A DNA stretch of 64,000 bases, taken from NCBI GenBank assembly GCA_964106645.2, contig OZ067045.1. The stretch is one strand, 5' to 3'. Position 1 is the first letter of the stretch; each line of letters begins with the position of its first letter. This DNA comes from Podarcis pityusensis. Its lineage: Eukaryota. The translations under genes were made by a program, and so were the position numbers. Shown one piece after another: positions 61,801 to 64,000 of this stretch. Below the pieces are notes generated by a model. The model was given only the letters and a program-made list of their open reading frames with translations. It was not told the origin of the DNA and searched no databases.

Positions 61801-64000
61801 CAAACCAGGATCTGAAAAAATGTTTTAGTGCTGGTTGATCTCATTAGCTCTACTTTAATTCTTCATGACATCTGAATACTGGAAACCATGATTTGTTCAA
61901 AGCTGAAAACCAGGAGTCACCTAGGACTCTAACCTTATTTTATGCAGCCTCTGACATCTCCAGAAGCTGCCCCATTCTTCTGCCCCATCAGAGTTCCCTT
62001 CTTCCTGTTTGTTTTTTTCCATTCTCCCAGAGTTTCCCTCTCCTTCAGTGTAGATTCATTACCATCTGTGCAATATTTAATTGACAAAAAATAATTCTAA
62101 GCTTTTATTTGGGGATACGTTTTATTCTGGATTTGTCTTTAGTCTGGATCCCAGATAGTTTTCTCTAAGGTGAAACAAACCACAGTTCTCTAAAGTTTGG
62201 ATATCATGGGGAATCATTACTACTTTAAAATTAGAAGCCAAAGTTTACAAACTCCTTCTGATTTGCTTGAAAGAGGAAGCACTGCTCATTCATGTAGCAG
62301 ATGTCTGCACTTTTCCATTATCCCTGAACCAGGCCTTTGTCTCTCGAACCCGGAGAAATGAAAATTCTGTGGAATTATTGGTACTGCTGGTTATCATTAC
62401 CTTCCCCTACAGAAATAAGAGACCCTGAGCTAAGCAGAGTGACCCTTTCCAACCTGTGACCCCCCTGACAGTGACATGGTGGGTTTCCAAACTATTCACA
62501 ACTTTCCCTGTTCTTTGAACCTTCAGAAGGACAGACTGAGTCAATGAGGAGAGACCTTCTGCAAGGTTAAGCTCCAACCAACAGTCCTTCTCACAACCTG
62601 CCAGAGCTTGGCTGTGGCAGGTCTGAGACCCACAATACCACCCATGTGCTGAGCACCAGCTGGGCTCCAACTTGTGGCTGCCGAGACTGAGATATGGGGC
62701 TTTGGGCTGGAGGTTAAAAGTCCTGCCTTGAGCCTTTCCTGACAAGGCTACAGGCTCCCCTGTTGTTGACCTTCCTCCACTTTTGTTTCCAGTCTCCTGA
62801 GGATGCTGAAGGACAGTTGAGGGTGAGTCAGAGGACTTCAAGAACCATTGCCCCATGCTCCTCCAGCCCTTAGATGTTTCTTCACTCCCAGCTGAACTTC
62901 TCAGTTTAAGGCCCCCTCGGAGCAATTCCCAGGTTGGTATCATTTTTGAAAACTATCACAACATCTCTGCACGAGGTTCAGCAAGGGGTTCCCAATATGA
63001 AACAGCAGACAAGCCAACTAACTTTGAGACAACTGCTAAGGGATGACAAAAGACTTAGGAGCAGCCTGGCAGAACAGGGGGAAGGGGTTAGAGTGTGTCC
63101 GAAATGCTCATGGCCCCCTGGGAGTGCTCAGCCAGGAAGCTGCCCAGGAGGAGACAACAAAGTGTCCCTGGGAGAGAAGAACAGTGGATTTGCCATCCTG
63201 TTTTCTTTTTTCTTTTTGTTCAAACAAAACAACTCGGCTCCCCCCAAAATAATAATTCCCCCCTCCCCCCACATCCCATTGTAAACAAAGTAGAAAAAGA
63301 TGGAACAACGACAACCAAATGGAAATGCACATCAAATCTACAACATACTGCATGGAACAGGACGAGAGGGGCAGGGAGTTTCCCGCCGGAAGCAGGTCAT
63401 TGGCAAACCATGAAGCCTTCTCAAATGTCTTGTGCATATTGATATGTAGGAGCTGCCACCGGGAAGTGCAGCACGCAGAGCCTCTAAGAGGCACCGCTTG
63501 CAGAAACAGTCCCAGCGCAACAGAGACCAAGACCTCCAAAAGCCCCATGACTTTGCTTTCCCCAGTGTGGGGCAAAGATTCTCTTTCGTACAGAGGAGGA
63601 GGTATGGGTGGGTGGGTGGATGGGTGGGTAGGTGAGCTTCGCCCGGATCCAGTCCTTCAGAGGAAAGGAAGTTAAAAAGATGTGTCCATCTCTGAAGTCT
63701 GTGACTCTAGAGGTGACCCCATTACATGGGTGGAAAGTTTGCTGGCGCTTGTCCCCTCTTCGGTCCGCAGATCTGCTGGCTGTTGTGGGAAGGGGAGGGC
63801 ATGCCCAGCAACACTTGTAGGGACATGCAGTTTTGTAACCTCCCCCCCTCCCTGAAGACTTTCTGGTCCACTCTGTGCCCCAGGAGGTCCAACTCGTGCA
63901 AAGGAGGGCGAAAGGGTCCCTCTGGATCCCTCCCCAGCTTGCTTGTCTCAGAGCCCTTAAAGAGAAATCCACTGCGGTTCTGTTTCATTTTAAAACATCC

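Noticed and set aside
62407-62943. 178-aa minus-strand ORF
   Set aside because: No domain signature; the sequence looks like decayed LTR or intergenic DNA.
63797-63830. p53 response element
   Set aside because: Only one perfect half-site (GGGCATGCCC); the second is imperfect and not adjacent.

Overview
This is vertebrate genomic DNA, almost certainly from a lacertid lizard. That assignment is inferred from the repeats: Sauria/Squam-type SINEs, BovB, a tRNA-Lys/CR1-tail SINE and squamate MITEs. The only recognisable protein-coding gene is LACTBL1 (serine beta-lactamase/PBP fold) on the minus strand. I reconstructed it by hand as six phase-compatible GT-AG coding exons: 22479-22338, 19999-19890, 19031-18874, 18042-17795, 17149-17044 and 15168-14193. 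Two probable 5' exons lie at 31932-31848 and about 34120-33932, with a motif-dense candidate promoter at about 34.15 kb. The protein is 567 aa from the MEVK start, or 586 aa from MEGLQLR. It has an N-terminal hydrophobic anchor, intact SxxK/YxN/KxG motifs and four N-glycosylation sequons, which suggests an uncharacterised membrane-anchored ecto-hydrolase. The rest of the window is intronic or intergenic and dense in SINE, LINE, MITE and LTR fragments, several of them nested, composite or fold-back. There are also a few repeat-free candidate regulatory blocks and weak spliced non-coding candidates. No prokaryotic features, CRISPR arrays, true tRNA or rRNA genes were found. Repeat family names are recalled from known consensus features and should be confirmed with Dfam/Repbase.
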